This document shows, one piece after another, positions 50,704-60,016 of a stretch of 64,000 nt of DNA; within the stretch, counting starts at the first letter, position 1, and each line of letters begins with the position of its first letter. A program made the position numbers and the translations under genes. Origin of the DNA: a virus. The notes under the pieces were generated by a model. That model did no database searches, was not told the origin of the DNA, and saw nothing but the letters and a program-made list of their open reading frames with translations. Where the stretch lies: positions 26,768 through 90,767 of the IMG/VR virus record IMGVR_UViG_3300042319_002356; one strand, given 5' to 3'.

Positions 50704-51012
50704 ATGAAATACCTAATCACCGAATCACAAATTGATAAAGTAATTTTTAAGTATCTTAATCATCAGGACTTCATTCAGATTGATAAAGGTGACAAAATAT
50801 ATTTTGTTAATTCAGATGACGATGAATACGCTCAGATTAGATATGATGAAGATGATGGTGAATGTTTTATTTATATTGGTTTGATTGAAGAAATTTCGTC
50901 TTTCTTTTCTTTACAAAGCTCTGATTCTAAGGAAGTTATTGGTAGATGGGTTGAGAATACCCTACAAATAATGGTTGAATACACCACTCCATCTACAGAA
51001 ATTTGGATGTAA
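50704..51012 (+). CDS. MKYLITESQ-family small protein, copy 1
   Basis: Paralogous to 54223 and 54573. Confidence 0.8.
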   Translation: MKYLITESQIDKVIFKYLNHQDFIQIDKGDKIYFVNSDDDEYAQIRYDEDDGECFIYIGLIEEISSFFSLQSSDSKEVIGRWVENTLQIMVEYTTPSTEIWM

Positions 51013-51036
51013 GTGGGTTGAGAATACCCTACAATT
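50950..51036. CRISPR. CRISPR-like repeat-spacer-partial repeat unit 1
   Basis: GTTGAGAATACCCTACAA at 50950 and 51017 (period 67). Confidence 0.5.
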
Positions 51037-51178
51037 AATCTTTACACAAAAACAAATTACCTTATAATTATTAATGAAACCTTGTTGCTGAGGTCCACCT
51101 GTCCTTTGAGACAGTTGAGTTGGAGAAATACCAACAAAGTGGGGTTCAATAAACATAAACAATAAAATAAGGTAAAAA

Positions 51179-51988
51179 ATGTATTACAAATCATTTAAAA
51201 AGAACCCTGCTGCGTTCATTACGGTAGGGAAACAACGACTAAAACAAAATGGAAGTGTCGTTTATCTAAAAGACGGGGATGAATTTGAAGTTGAAATCTT
51301 CAACCCTCAACAAAATTCAGTTTTAGCAAAACTTAAAATTAACGGAAACTACATCGGTGGTGGTGGAGTTGTATTAAAACCAGGTCAAAGGGTTTTCCTT
51401 GAAAGGTATTTGGATGAGGCGAGAAAGTTCAAGTTTGAAACCTATGAGGTTAATGCCAAATCCAAAGAGGTGCAGGAAGCAATCAAAAACAACGGAGTTG
51501 TTGAGGTTGAGTTCTATGAGGAGAATCGTTACGGTGGAAGTATAACTTTCACAAATGAACATGGTGATTATGGATATTATGGTATTCGTAACTATGGTAA
51601 TAGTAGGGACATTACCACAGATTTCAAATTATATAATTATAACACCACCACAAGTTCAGGTAATAATCTTTATACCACAAACGCATCTTATAACTTAAAT
51701 AATAATGTTGATTATAATACTTCTCAAAATTTAGGGAAGTCATTATTAACTAACAGGTTTAAAGAAACAGGTCGTGTTGAAAAAGGTGGAAGTTCAAATC
51801 AGGAATTTACATCAGTGAATATGGATTTTAATTCTTACCCATCATCATACTCAACTTGGAGATTAATGCCAATGTCAGAAAAACCAGTTGATGCAAGTGA
51901 GGTGAATGTTCTTTACTGCACCAATTGTGGAAGTAAGAGGAAGAAAGATAACCATAAATTCTGTCCACACTGCGGAACAAAGTTCTAA
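51179..51988 (+). CDS. Hypothetical protein with a C-terminal zinc ribbon
   Basis: CTNC...CPHC. Confidence 0.75.
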   Translation: MYYKSFKKNPAAFITVGKQRLKQNGSVVYLKDGDEFEVEIFNPQQNSVLAKLKINGNYIGGGGVVLKPGQRVFLERYLDEARKFKFETYEVNAKSKEVQEAIKNNGVVEVEFYEENRYGGSITFTNEHGDYGYYGIRNYGNSRDITTDFKLYNYNTTTSSGNNLYTTNASYNLNNNVDYNTSQNLGKSLLTNRFKETGRVEKGGSSNQEFTSVNMDFNSYPSSYSTWRLMPMSEKPVDASEVNVLYCTNCGSKRKKDNHKFCPHCGTKF

Positions 51989-52045
51989 AAATAAATAACA
52001 AGGTTTCACTTAAAGCCCCACCCATAAGGATGGGGTTTTTTATTA

Positions 52046-52786
52046 CTATTGAGTTGATAATAGGTGTAGATGGTTAAAGGCGTCAATGAGCTCGTCACTT
52101 AAATTTGAGTAATCAATATCAAATGTCTTTGGCATCTTTGTGTAAACTGACTCAATATTGTATGGTTCAAAACCAATCTTATACCAACTTCTTTTTTGTC
52201 TCATCCATAGATAGAACAATGCGTAAGCGTTTGACTTTTGGGTGTATTCATCAACACTTACAACAAAGTCCAAACCATATTTTTTAATCTTCGCAACGGT
52301 TCGTTTTTCACAATCCACCTCAACTGCAATGCTTTGTTTGATTTCTTCATCAACGAGATTAAAATCAACATCATCTGAACCTTCAATCCATTTGAAAGTT
52401 TCCTCCAAACCTAATGATTCATTAAATAATGGGTCCCCTTCAAGAAATTGGTCCATATGGGACGCTTCGTGTAATAAGATGAGTAACCATTTATTTAGTT
52501 CTTTCCCTGTTGCACAAGCAAGAACTCGGTTACCTGAATCAAAATACCCATTTGTTTGAGTATCCATACCTGGATATTGAACACCAGGGGTATTAGGAAG
52601 GAACAATTCAATATTATTCTCGGCACATTCCTTCTCCAATTCAGTTATGAAGAAATCAATCTTTGATTTTTGTTCATCAGTTAAATTGGGTTCGTTTATC
52701 TCAATTGATTCACTAATCATTTTTTTAATATTAACTCCCATAATCTCTTGGATTCTACGAGTTTCAGTGATAATTTCTTTTTTCAT
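52046..52786 (-). CDS. Putative zincin metallopeptidase
   Basis: LLHEASH motif with a downstream E; MKKEIITE leader. Confidence 0.65.
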   Translation of the reverse strand: MKKEIITETRRIQEIMGVNIKKMISESIEINEPNLTDEQKSKIDFFITELEKECAENNIELFLPNTPGVQYPGMDTQTNGYFDSGNRVLACATGKELNKWLLILLHEASHMDQFLEGDPLFNESLGLEETFKWIEGSDDVDFNLVDEEIKQSIAVEVDCEKRTVAKIKKYGLDFVVSVDEYTQKSNAYALFYLWMRQKRSWYKIGFEPYNIESVYTKMPKTFDIDYSNLSDELIDAFNHLHLLSTQ

Positions 52787-52883
52787 CTTATCAATAAATA
52801 TTTTATTTAAACGAATATACATCAAATACCTGAAACCACAAAATCAAATTGAAAAAAGACAAAAACTGAAATATTTATTCAGT

Positions 52884-53843
52884 ATGAGAGGTTTAATCCA
52901 ACAAATTTTAAGAGAGGAAGCTGAGGTTAAAGAGATGGGTATTGACATTGGGAAGATAAAAGCATCCCAACCAAAGAACTATCTTGTTAAATCTTTAAAG
53001 AAAAAAGAGAAAGCTTCAAAACTTAAAGAAGAGTCCAAAAAGGATGTTCAGAAGATTAACAAGTTATATGCTCAAATTGTTGATGGATTAACAAATCTTA
53101 AATGGGAGGATATTGAGTTACAAGAATGGCAAAATTTCTTTTATGTGGTATTTCCAAAGAAACTTGAGAAAAAAATGGAAGAATTGAGGAATTTGTATGG
53201 TAACTTATTGGAGTCCCAATATTTCGTTGGATTAAAAGAGGAGACAAAGGTTGCTCAACTTTATGAAGATTTCACAAAATTTGTTGAACCAATTTATATC
53301 TACCTATACCTTGATTATCCAAGAAATAGAACTCACTTCCCAAAAGGATTACCAAAGTCATTCTTGGGATATAATATAGGAGTTAAGATTTATAGAAAAC
53401 TTTTGAATACGGTTAAGTTTATTCAGTCAGAAGAAAATGCTACCAGCGATGTTCAAGAGGTATATAGAAAGTTAATGAAGATGCCCGATGTTAATACCAT
53501 TGTTTATAAAGACCAAACGGTATTGATTGAGGACGGAATACCAAAGAATCAGGTTATTGAAATTGTATCTGATAGCATTTATGAAAGATACTTAAATAAA
53601 CCAAGTATGAAAAAGTTGGTATTAAATAGAAGTATCATTGTCAATACAAAATTATTAAGAATTGTTGGCGAAACCAGATTACTTAATATGATGTATGAAT
53701 ATTATTATTCGGCAAAAGAAGGGAAAAAAGTCCCATTTGAAACATTGGGATATGAAAATGCAATTAGACCCAAAAAAGAAGAGCCTGAAAATGATGATGA
53801 CGATGATTACGAAAGTGAACTTTTTAATAAACGATTTGGATAA
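52884..53843 (+). CDS. Hypothetical protein
   Basis: Starts MRGLIQQILREE after a TATTTAT motif. Confidence 0.7.
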   Translation: MRGLIQQILREEAEVKEMGIDIGKIKASQPKNYLVKSLKKKEKASKLKEESKKDVQKINKLYAQIVDGLTNLKWEDIELQEWQNFFYVVFPKKLEKKMEELRNLYGNLLESQYFVGLKEETKVAQLYEDFTKFVEPIYIYLYLDYPRNRTHFPKGLPKSFLGYNIGVKIYRKLLNTVKFIQSEENATSDVQEVYRKLMKMPDVNTIVYKDQTVLIEDGIPKNQVIEIVSDSIYERYLNKPSMKKLVLNRSIIVNTKLLRIVGETRLLNMMYEYYYSAKEGKKVPFETLGYENAIRPKKEEPENDDDDDYESELFNKRFG

Positions 53844-53849
53844 TAGAAT

Positions 53850-54221
53850 ATGTCAAAAATAATTAAATTAACAGAATCAGACTTGGTTAAGATTGTTAAA
53901 CGAGTTATTGAGGAACAAACAGATAGAGGACCTGTAATTCCAAAAAACTCCATATTGAAAGTTGATGAAGATGTTATTAATCACTTTAGAAAATTCAAAG
54001 TTGATTTTAAAAAAGAAGAAACTCCTGAAGATTTCTTGGGAAAGTTAAACAAAAGTAATGTTGGAATTAATGCATTTCATATAAGCGCAGAAGGATGGAA
54101 ATTCCCAATTCAACCTGTGTTTGTTAATATCCCACTTGAAAATAGTAATGTTAGGTTGAGTTTTGAACCGTTCAATAAAGAACGAGGGATTTATATGTTC
54201 AGGGTTACCAAGTCTTTTTAA
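53850..54221 (+). CDS. Hypothetical protein with an LTESDL leader
   Basis: Starts MSKIIKLTESDLVKIVKRVIEEQ. Confidence 0.7.
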   Translation: MSKIIKLTESDLVKIVKRVIEEQTDRGPVIPKNSILKVDEDVINHFRKFKVDFKKEETPEDFLGKLNKSNVGINAFHISAEGWKFPIQPVFVNIPLENSNVRLSFEPFNKERGIYMFRVTKSF

Positions 54222-54222
54222 T

Positions 54223-54558
54223 ATGAAATATCTAATCACAGAATCTCAAGCGAAAATGGCAGCAACATTTCGCAAACTTGACATGAAGAAATTCATTCAG
54301 ATTGAAAGGGATAACAAAATTTATTTTGTCAAATCAGAGAATGATAAGTATGCTCAAATTAGATATAACAAAGATGATGGATGGTGTCTTATTAATTTTA
54401 ATTTAATTAACGAAATTTCTTCTTGGTTTTCTTTAGAAGAATCTGATTCTAAAGAATTTATCGGAAGGTGGGTTGAGTATACCCTCCAAACGAAGGTCAC
54501 AACCACCGCAAAGTTCGCAAAGATGTGGATGGCATCTGTTGAGAGTCCCTTCAAATAA
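54223..54558 (+). CDS. MKYLITESQ-family small protein, copy 2
   Basis: Paralogous to 50704 and 54573. Confidence 0.8.
   Translation: MKYLITESQAKMAATFRKLDMKKFIQIERDNKIYFVKSENDKYAQIRYNKDDGWCLINFNLINEISSWFSLEESDSKEFIGRWVEYTLQTKVTTTAKFAKMWMASVESPFK
54472..54558. CRISPR. CRISPR-like repeat-spacer-partial repeat unit 2
   Basis: 36-nt GTTGAGTATACCCTCCAAACGAAGGTCACAACCACC, 30-nt spacer, then GTTGAGAGTCCCTTCAAAT at 54538 (period 66). Confidence 0.5.
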
Positions 54559-54572
54559 CATATTTATATTAT

Positions 54573-54950
54573 ATGAAATATCTAATCACAGAATCTCAAG
54601 CGAAAATGGTGGCAACATTTCGCAAACTTGACATGAAGAAATTCATTCAGATTGATAAAGGTGACAAAATATATTTTGTTAAGTCAGAAGATGATGAATA
54701 TGCTAAAATAAGATATGATAAATCAGATGGTCGGTGTTATATTAATTATGGTTTGATTAAAGAAATTTCTTTATTCTTTTCTTTACAAGAGTCTGATTCT
54801 AAAGAAGTTATTGGTGAGTGGGTTGAGAATGGCATCAACGATAGAAACCGACGGACCAATGGAGTTGAGAATACCCTCCAAATGAGGGTCACAAAGACCG
54901 AGAAAATTCCACTTTCATTGAAAGTTGTGTTGAGAATACCCTTCAATTAA
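54573..54950 (+). CDS. MKYLITESQ-family small protein, copy 3
   Basis: Paralog with a 14-codon insertion. Confidence 0.8.
   Translation: MKYLITESQAKMVATFRKLDMKKFIQIDKGDKIYFVKSEDDEYAKIRYDKSDGRCYINYGLIKEISLFFSLQESDSKEVIGEWVENGINDRNRRTNGVENTLQMRVTKTEKIPLSLKVVLRIPFN
54822..54950. CRISPR. CRISPR-like unit 3 (partial repeat, repeat, partial repeat)
   Basis: GTTGAGAAT at 54822; GTTGAGAATACCCTCCAAATGAGGGTCACAAAGACC at 54864; GTTGAGAATACCCTTCAA at 54929. Confidence 0.5.
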
Positions 54951-54992
54951 AAATCAATTGACATTATAGAGTTAATAACCTATACTTGTCAT

Positions 54993-55346
54993 ATGAAAAA
55001 TTATTTAACACTTAAAAATTTAGGTTGGTTACTTACAGTAATTGTAACCTTTATGCTCGGAATTGGCGGATTGTCAAAGATTATGGGAAGTGAGGCCATG
55101 ACCACTAACTTTACTGCAATGAACATGTTACCTTACATGGCTCTTGTTGGAGTAATGGAAGTCGCCGGTGTAATCGCACTTTGTATTCCAAGAACATCTG
55201 TTTATGGGGCATTGGTCCTTTCATCAGTTATGTCAGGAGCAGTTGCGGTTCATATCGCAATGTTTGGCGGAGCGGGTATCTTAGTACCAATCTTCCTTGG
55301 AGCAGCTGCTTGGACAGCACACTGTTTGAGAACTTATTCTAAATAA
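54993..55346 (+). CDS. DoxX-family membrane protein
   Basis: Four TM helices; GLSK, VGVMEVAG and GAVAVH motifs. Confidence 0.8.
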   Translation: MKNYLTLKNLGWLLTVIVTFMLGIGGLSKIMGSEAMTTNFTAMNMLPYMALVGVMEVAGVIALCIPRTSVYGALVLSSVMSGAVAVHIAMFGGAGILVPIFLGAAAWTAHCLRTYSK

Positions 55347-55452
55347 GGGATTACCTTAAAATCCCTTCAAGACGAAGGGATTTTTTATTTTAACAAAGAA
55401 AAATTTGATTTACAAAAATATATGTTATATATTTGTAAAGGATTTGAGGGAA

Positions 55453-55527
55453 GCGCCTGTAGCTCAGCTGGTTAGTAGCAACTGACTCATAATCAGTAGG
55501 TCCTTGGTTCGAACCCAAGCAGGCGCA
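55453..55527 (+). tRNA. tRNA with CAT anticodon, probably Ile2 (lysidine type)
   Basis: CT-CAT-AA loop; C4:G69 and C5:G68 pairs consistent with TilS substrates. Confidence 0.8.
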
Positions 55528-55547
55528 CAAAACGTTCTTTATTTAAT

Positions 55548-55833
55548 GGTCGGATGATGAAATAGGTAGACATGCAAGACTTTAACTATTTGAGTGCTAG
55601 AGGGGAAACTCTCTAAGTAGAACTCCGTAAATTCGGTGAACCCTTTAATCTGGGAACCCCGAGCCAAGCCCGAAAGGGAAGGTGTAGAGACTAGACACGG
55701 AGAACCTAAATCAGAAATGATATGGTTAAGGTATAGTCCAGACTACAAACCGAAAGGGTAGCGAAAGCTATAGTAGTAAGAAAATCTTGTGGACATTGTG
55801 TCCGTGCGGGTTCGATTCCCGCTCCGACTACCA
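55548..55833 (+). tRNA. tRNA-Leu(TAA) interrupted by a group I intron
   Basis: Exons 55548-55582 and 55781-55833 reconstitute CAAGA-CTTAAAA-TCTTG, a long variable arm and CCA. Confidence 0.9.
55583..55780 (+). ncRNA. Group I self-splicing intron (IC3-like, 198 nt)
   Basis: P AAATTCGGTGAA, Q CCCGAGCCAA, R GTAGAGACTAGA, S AAGGTATAGTCC; U.G pair at the 5' splice site; terminal G. Confidence 0.92.
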
Positions 55834-55837
55834 ATCT

Positions 55838-55911
55838 GCCCTCGTAGCTCAGTTGAATAGAGCACAAAACTTCTAATTTTGGGGTCACAGGTTTGAATCC
55901 TGTCGGGGGTA
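55838..55911 (+). tRNA. tRNA-Arg(TCT)
   Basis: CT-TCT-AA loop. Confidence 0.9.
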
Positions 55912-55916
55912 CTAAC

Positions 55917-55943
55917 AAAAGGTGGAAGTTTTCCACCTTTTTT
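55917..55943 (+). terminator. Intrinsic terminator
   Basis: AAAAGGTGGAA-gtt-TTCCACCTTTT. Confidence 0.85.
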
Positions 55944-56422
55944 GTTTTATTGAAATTTTTGATTATCTTTGTCCCATGCTAACATATCTACATTATTGTT
56001 TAATCGTTACCTGTTTATCAAGGTTTAACGAAGGAAGAAAGGGGAAGGGTGCTAAAACTATTGGTGAAGAAATTGAGGAACTACTCAACACTTTTATAGG
56101 TGCAGCGTTTGTTCTGGGGATTGTGTTTATAATCTTTTTCATACTCAAAACGATTTTATTTGGTTTTTAGTGTGATTTGAATTATCTTTGTAAAAAATAT
56201 AACCTATGAAAAAATTTATTAGTTGGGTTTGGTTGGTGGCCTACATTTTATTACCAATCTATTTCATCATAACATTACTTGTATCTTTGTTTACAGGACA
56301 CAAGATGAGTGAGATTATCAGTTATGAGTGGTGGACGTTTTTTTTCTTATTTGAAATTTGGACACACACCATTGTTAGAGAAAGATTGAATGATGCATAT
56401 AACGGAATAAAAGGAGAATAAT

Positions 56423-56872
56423 ATGAAAATATATTTAGATGATGTGAGAACACCAAGAGACAAAGATTGGATGGTTGTCAGAAACTATGGGGAGTTTGTT
56501 GATTTGGTTCAGAAAGTTGGTATTAAGAACATTGGGACCATATCTTTGGACCACGACTTGGGTGATAGTGCAATGAATGAGTATCACACCAACGTATCAC
56601 CTAACTTCAAATTGGATTATAACAACATTAATGAGAAGACTGGATATGATGCGGCTAAGTTCTTGGTTGATGAGTTCTATTCTCAATATCCTGAAAGGTT
56701 GGAGATGAATTACTTTGACAAGAAGAAAGAACCAATCATGTTCCCAATCGTTTTGACTCATTCTGCTAATCCAATTGGTTCTGCAAACATTATGGGTTAT
56801 ATCAATAACTTCTTGATGAACGAAGCTAAACCACAAACTTGTGTAAGAACTCAAATACCTCACACAGTATGA
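56423..56872 (+). CDS. Cyclic-phosphate-processing receiver-like (cREC) domain protein
   Basis: IYLDDVR, ISLDHDLG, TGYD and HSANPIG motifs. Confidence 0.75.
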   Translation: MKIYLDDVRTPRDKDWMVVRNYGEFVDLVQKVGIKNIGTISLDHDLGDSAMNEYHTNVSPNFKLDYNNINEKTGYDAAKFLVDEFYSQYPERLEMNYFDKKKEPIMFPIVLTHSANPIGSANIMGYINNFLMNEAKPQTCVRTQIPHTV

Positions 56873-57527
56873 TTAGTAGAATATCAATTGATGTTGAATT
56901 AACAATTGACCAACGTATTGAGATTATTGAAAAGGTTGACCAACATTTTGATATTCTTGATTTTGGAATCAACAGTAATTTTAATAGAGACACACAGGAT
57001 GAAGAGTTACATAAACAAATTGACTTGATGTATCCTGGTGTCCCAAGAAAAGTAACAGCGTATTATACAATAAATAATTAAAACTATGCCAAATTTCACA
57101 GCTTACAATGTTGATGTTGATTTAGATATTGATGTTGACGATTTTTTATCAGAATGTTCAAATAGAGAAATCAAAGAAATAATTAATGCTTTGATTGAAG
57201 ATGGACATTTAGCCAAACACCCACTCCTTCCTGGTTATGATGATAAGATAGGTAAAATGGAGGAGGAATTTGTTGGTAAACTGTATACCATATCTTCAAA
57301 GTATTATTCAATGACCGAAGAGGAACTTGAGATGATTGATAAACTTTATAACAAATACCGATAAGATATGTTCTTCTTCATTAAAGTATTTTTCTTCATT
57401 TGTTTTGTGATTGTTTTTTTCTCAATTATTTTATTAATTATCGGAGAATATTTGGCAGGTAAGTTTAAAAGTAGTAAATTTGCTAAATGGTGGAACGACA
57501 ATGTTATCACCGAAATGCCGGACGATT

Positions 57528-58211
57528 ATGAAGATTAATGTAACATTATTATCAGATACCCACACCAAACATATGAATGTTATGGTGAATGGAGGTGACT
57601 TGATTTTACATAGTGGTGACATTATGAATTCAGGTTATGACCCTGAAGATTTATACGAGTTTTTACAATGGTTCAGTGAATTACCATATAAGATGAAGGT
57701 GTTTATCCCTGGAAACCATGACCGATTGATTGAGAATAAACCTTGGGACGCTTGGAAGATGATTAACCAGTTCCACGATAAAGGTGTTCGTTGTTTGATT
57801 GATGACTTTGTTGAGTTTGAAGGATTGAAGATTTATGGTAGTCCTTGGCAACCTGAGTTCTACGATTGGGCTTTCAACCTACCACGAAACGGAAAGGAAC
57901 TTGAAGAGAAGTGGAACGCAATTCCTGATGATACTGATATCTTGTTAACTCACGGACCGGCTTGGGGCATTTTGGATACTGTTGTTAATCGTCGTGATGT
58001 GAATCTTGGATGTGAATTGTTAGCAAAAAGATTTGAAACTTTGAATCCTTTGCTTCATCTTTGTGGTCACATTCATACAGGATATGGGTATGTTGAGAAG
58101 AACGGAACACATTTCTTCAACGCATCGGTGTTGGATGAAAGATATCGTTACACTCAAAAACCTTTTGAGATAACAATAGATTTGGAAACTAAACAATTAG
58201 ATATACTATGA
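57528..58211 (+). CDS. Metallophosphoesterase
   Basis: SDTH, HSGD, GNHD, THGP and GHIH motifs. Confidence 0.9.
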   Translation: MKINVTLLSDTHTKHMNVMVNGGDLILHSGDIMNSGYDPEDLYEFLQWFSELPYKMKVFIPGNHDRLIENKPWDAWKMINQFHDKGVRCLIDDFVEFEGLKIYGSPWQPEFYDWAFNLPRNGKELEEKWNAIPDDTDILLTHGPAWGILDTVVNRRDVNLGCELLAKRFETLNPLLHLCGHIHTGYGYVEKNGTHFFNASVLDERYRYTQKPFEITIDLETKQLDIL

Positions 58212-58349
58212 ACGGATTAACTAACAGACAATTTGCTTTAATGATGGCAATTGAAGCCCGAAAGATTAAATTTCAGGGTGGGATTTATGACAACGCAGAA
58301 GATTTTTATAATTGGTTGGAACAAGAAAATAAAGAAAAAGAAAAATAAT

Positions 58350-58619
58350 ATGAGAAAATCAAATTTTTATGTGGTGATGTTATTCACATTACTAACAATT
58401 ATGGCAACAATGGTGTCTTGTACAGACGCGACAATGAGTAAGATGGGTGGATATGGTGATACCTTTACCGTTAAGGTATTGGGACCTGACACTGTAATCA
58501 CTTACCACTCAACAGGTAAAGTTATCAGTGAGGAACATAGTGATGGTTATTACTTCACAAACCGTGAGACTGGTAAGTTGGTTGAGGTGAGTGGTAACAT
58601 TATTATTGAACAAGAATAA
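58350..58619 (+). CDS. Putative lipoprotein
   Basis: Hydrophobic leader ending in MVS-C. Confidence 0.65.
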   Translation: MRKSNFYVVMLFTLLTIMATMVSCTDATMSKMGGYGDTFTVKVLGPDTVITYHSTGKVISEEHSDGYYFTNRETGKLVEVSGNIIIEQE

Positions 58620-58710
58620 TGTTGGCTCTTGGATGTACCCTATGCGGGATATGGGTGGGAATGTTTATTTCCTTTCTCGCAACTAAACATATGTTTGAAA
58701 AAAGAAAATA

Positions 58711-59571
58711 ATGGAATTTGAAAAAGTAATTAATACCGTAATCAACGGAGACTGTATTGAAGTAATGAAGGAAATGCCGGAGGGGGTGGTGGATTTGATT
58801 GTAACATCACCCCCTTATGGAGTAAACATCGCTTATGATGTCCATGATGATGATATGGAGATAAATGAGTATTTGGAGTTTACTCGTAAATGGATGACTG
58901 AGGCCTATAAAGTTCTAAAAGATGATGGAAGAATTGCTTTGAACATTCCATATGAGATTAACCGACAAGCTAAAGGTGGAAGGATTTTCTTTGTATCCGA
59001 AGTTTATCAGGTTATGAAGGAGATTGGGTTTAAGTTCTTTGGTATCGTTGACTTGGAAGAAGATAGTCCCCATAGAAGTAAGACAACCGCTTGGGGTAGT
59101 TGGATGAGTCCATCAAGTCCGTATATCTATAACCCAAAGGAATGTATGGTTCTTGCTTATAAGAAACACCACATCAAGAAAGTTAAGGGTGAACCACAAT
59201 GGAAAGGTGAACCAACCGTGACTGAAGAGGGTAAAACCAAGATTGTTTATCAGGAACAAGATAAGAAAGATTTTATGGAATTGGTATTTGGGCAATGGAA
59301 GTATTTGAATGACTCAAGACCAATGACCAAGGCAACTTTCAGTATGGATATTCCAACCAAAGCAATTAAGATATTGTCATATAAGAATGATGTTGTGTTG
59401 GACCCATTTAATGGTAGTGGAACAAGTTGTGTGGCGGCAGAAATTTTGGATAGAAGATGGATTGGTATTGAACTTTCTGAAAATTATGCTAATATCGCTA
59501 AAGAACGAATACAAGGTTTTGTTGACCAAAAAAAACAACAGAAATTACAATTTGAAAACGGGGGTCAATAA
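58711..59571 (+). CDS. N4-C/N6-A DNA methyltransferase (beta class)
   Basis: TSPPY and DPFNGSGT motifs. Confidence 0.92.
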   Translation: MEFEKVINTVINGDCIEVMKEMPEGVVDLIVTSPPYGVNIAYDVHDDDMEINEYLEFTRKWMTEAYKVLKDDGRIALNIPYEINRQAKGGRIFFVSEVYQVMKEIGFKFFGIVDLEEDSPHRSKTTAWGSWMSPSSPYIYNPKECMVLAYKKHHIKKVKGEPQWKGEPTVTEEGKTKIVYQEQDKKDFMELVFGQWKYLNDSRPMTKATFSMDIPTKAIKILSYKNDVVLDPFNGSGTSCVAAEILDRRWIGIELSENYANIAKERIQGFVDQKKQQKLQFENGGQ

Positions 59572-59605
59572 CCTCCGTTTTTCATTTTACCATATATTTA
59601 TTGTT

Positions 59606-59977
59606 ATGGAAAATTCAGAAATAGTTATATTATTAGTTCAAATACAAACCCAATTTAAAATGTTACATTGGCAAACTGACTCACTTTCAGGTCATAAAGC
59701 TTTTGGTAAGGTATATGATAGTTTGGGGGAACTTATTGATGAGTTCGTTGAGGTTTGTATGGGAAAACACGGAAGACCATCTTTTTCAGGTGGGTATCAA
59801 ATTACAGGTGAAGACATATCAGAAATGGAATTAGATACATTTATTTCACAAACTTGTGAATTTTTAGTTTCCCTGACAGAAGTTTATAATCCTAAAGAGG
59901 ATTCTGATTTATTAAATTTAAGAGATGAAATGTTGTCACAGATTAATAAGTTAAAATACTTACTGACACTTAAATAA
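59606..59977 (+). CDS. Ferritin/Dps-like protein (DUF5856 type)
   Basis: HWQT...HKAF...YD...IDEFVE...KYLLTL. Confidence 0.8.
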   Translation: MENSEIVILLVQIQTQFKMLHWQTDSLSGHKAFGKVYDSLGELIDEFVEVCMGKHGRPSFSGGYQITGEDISEMELDTFISQTCEFLVSLTEVYNPKEDSDLLNLRDEMLSQINKLKYLLTLK

Positions 59978-60016
59978 TATTATTTGATATTTTAATTTGA
60001 AAGGTTTATCATTTAC

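Noticed and set aside
50704-54950. Diversity-generating retroelement explaining the variable C-termini
   Set aside because: No reverse transcriptase or template repeat in the window, and the variable segments are unrelated rather than adenine-specific variants.
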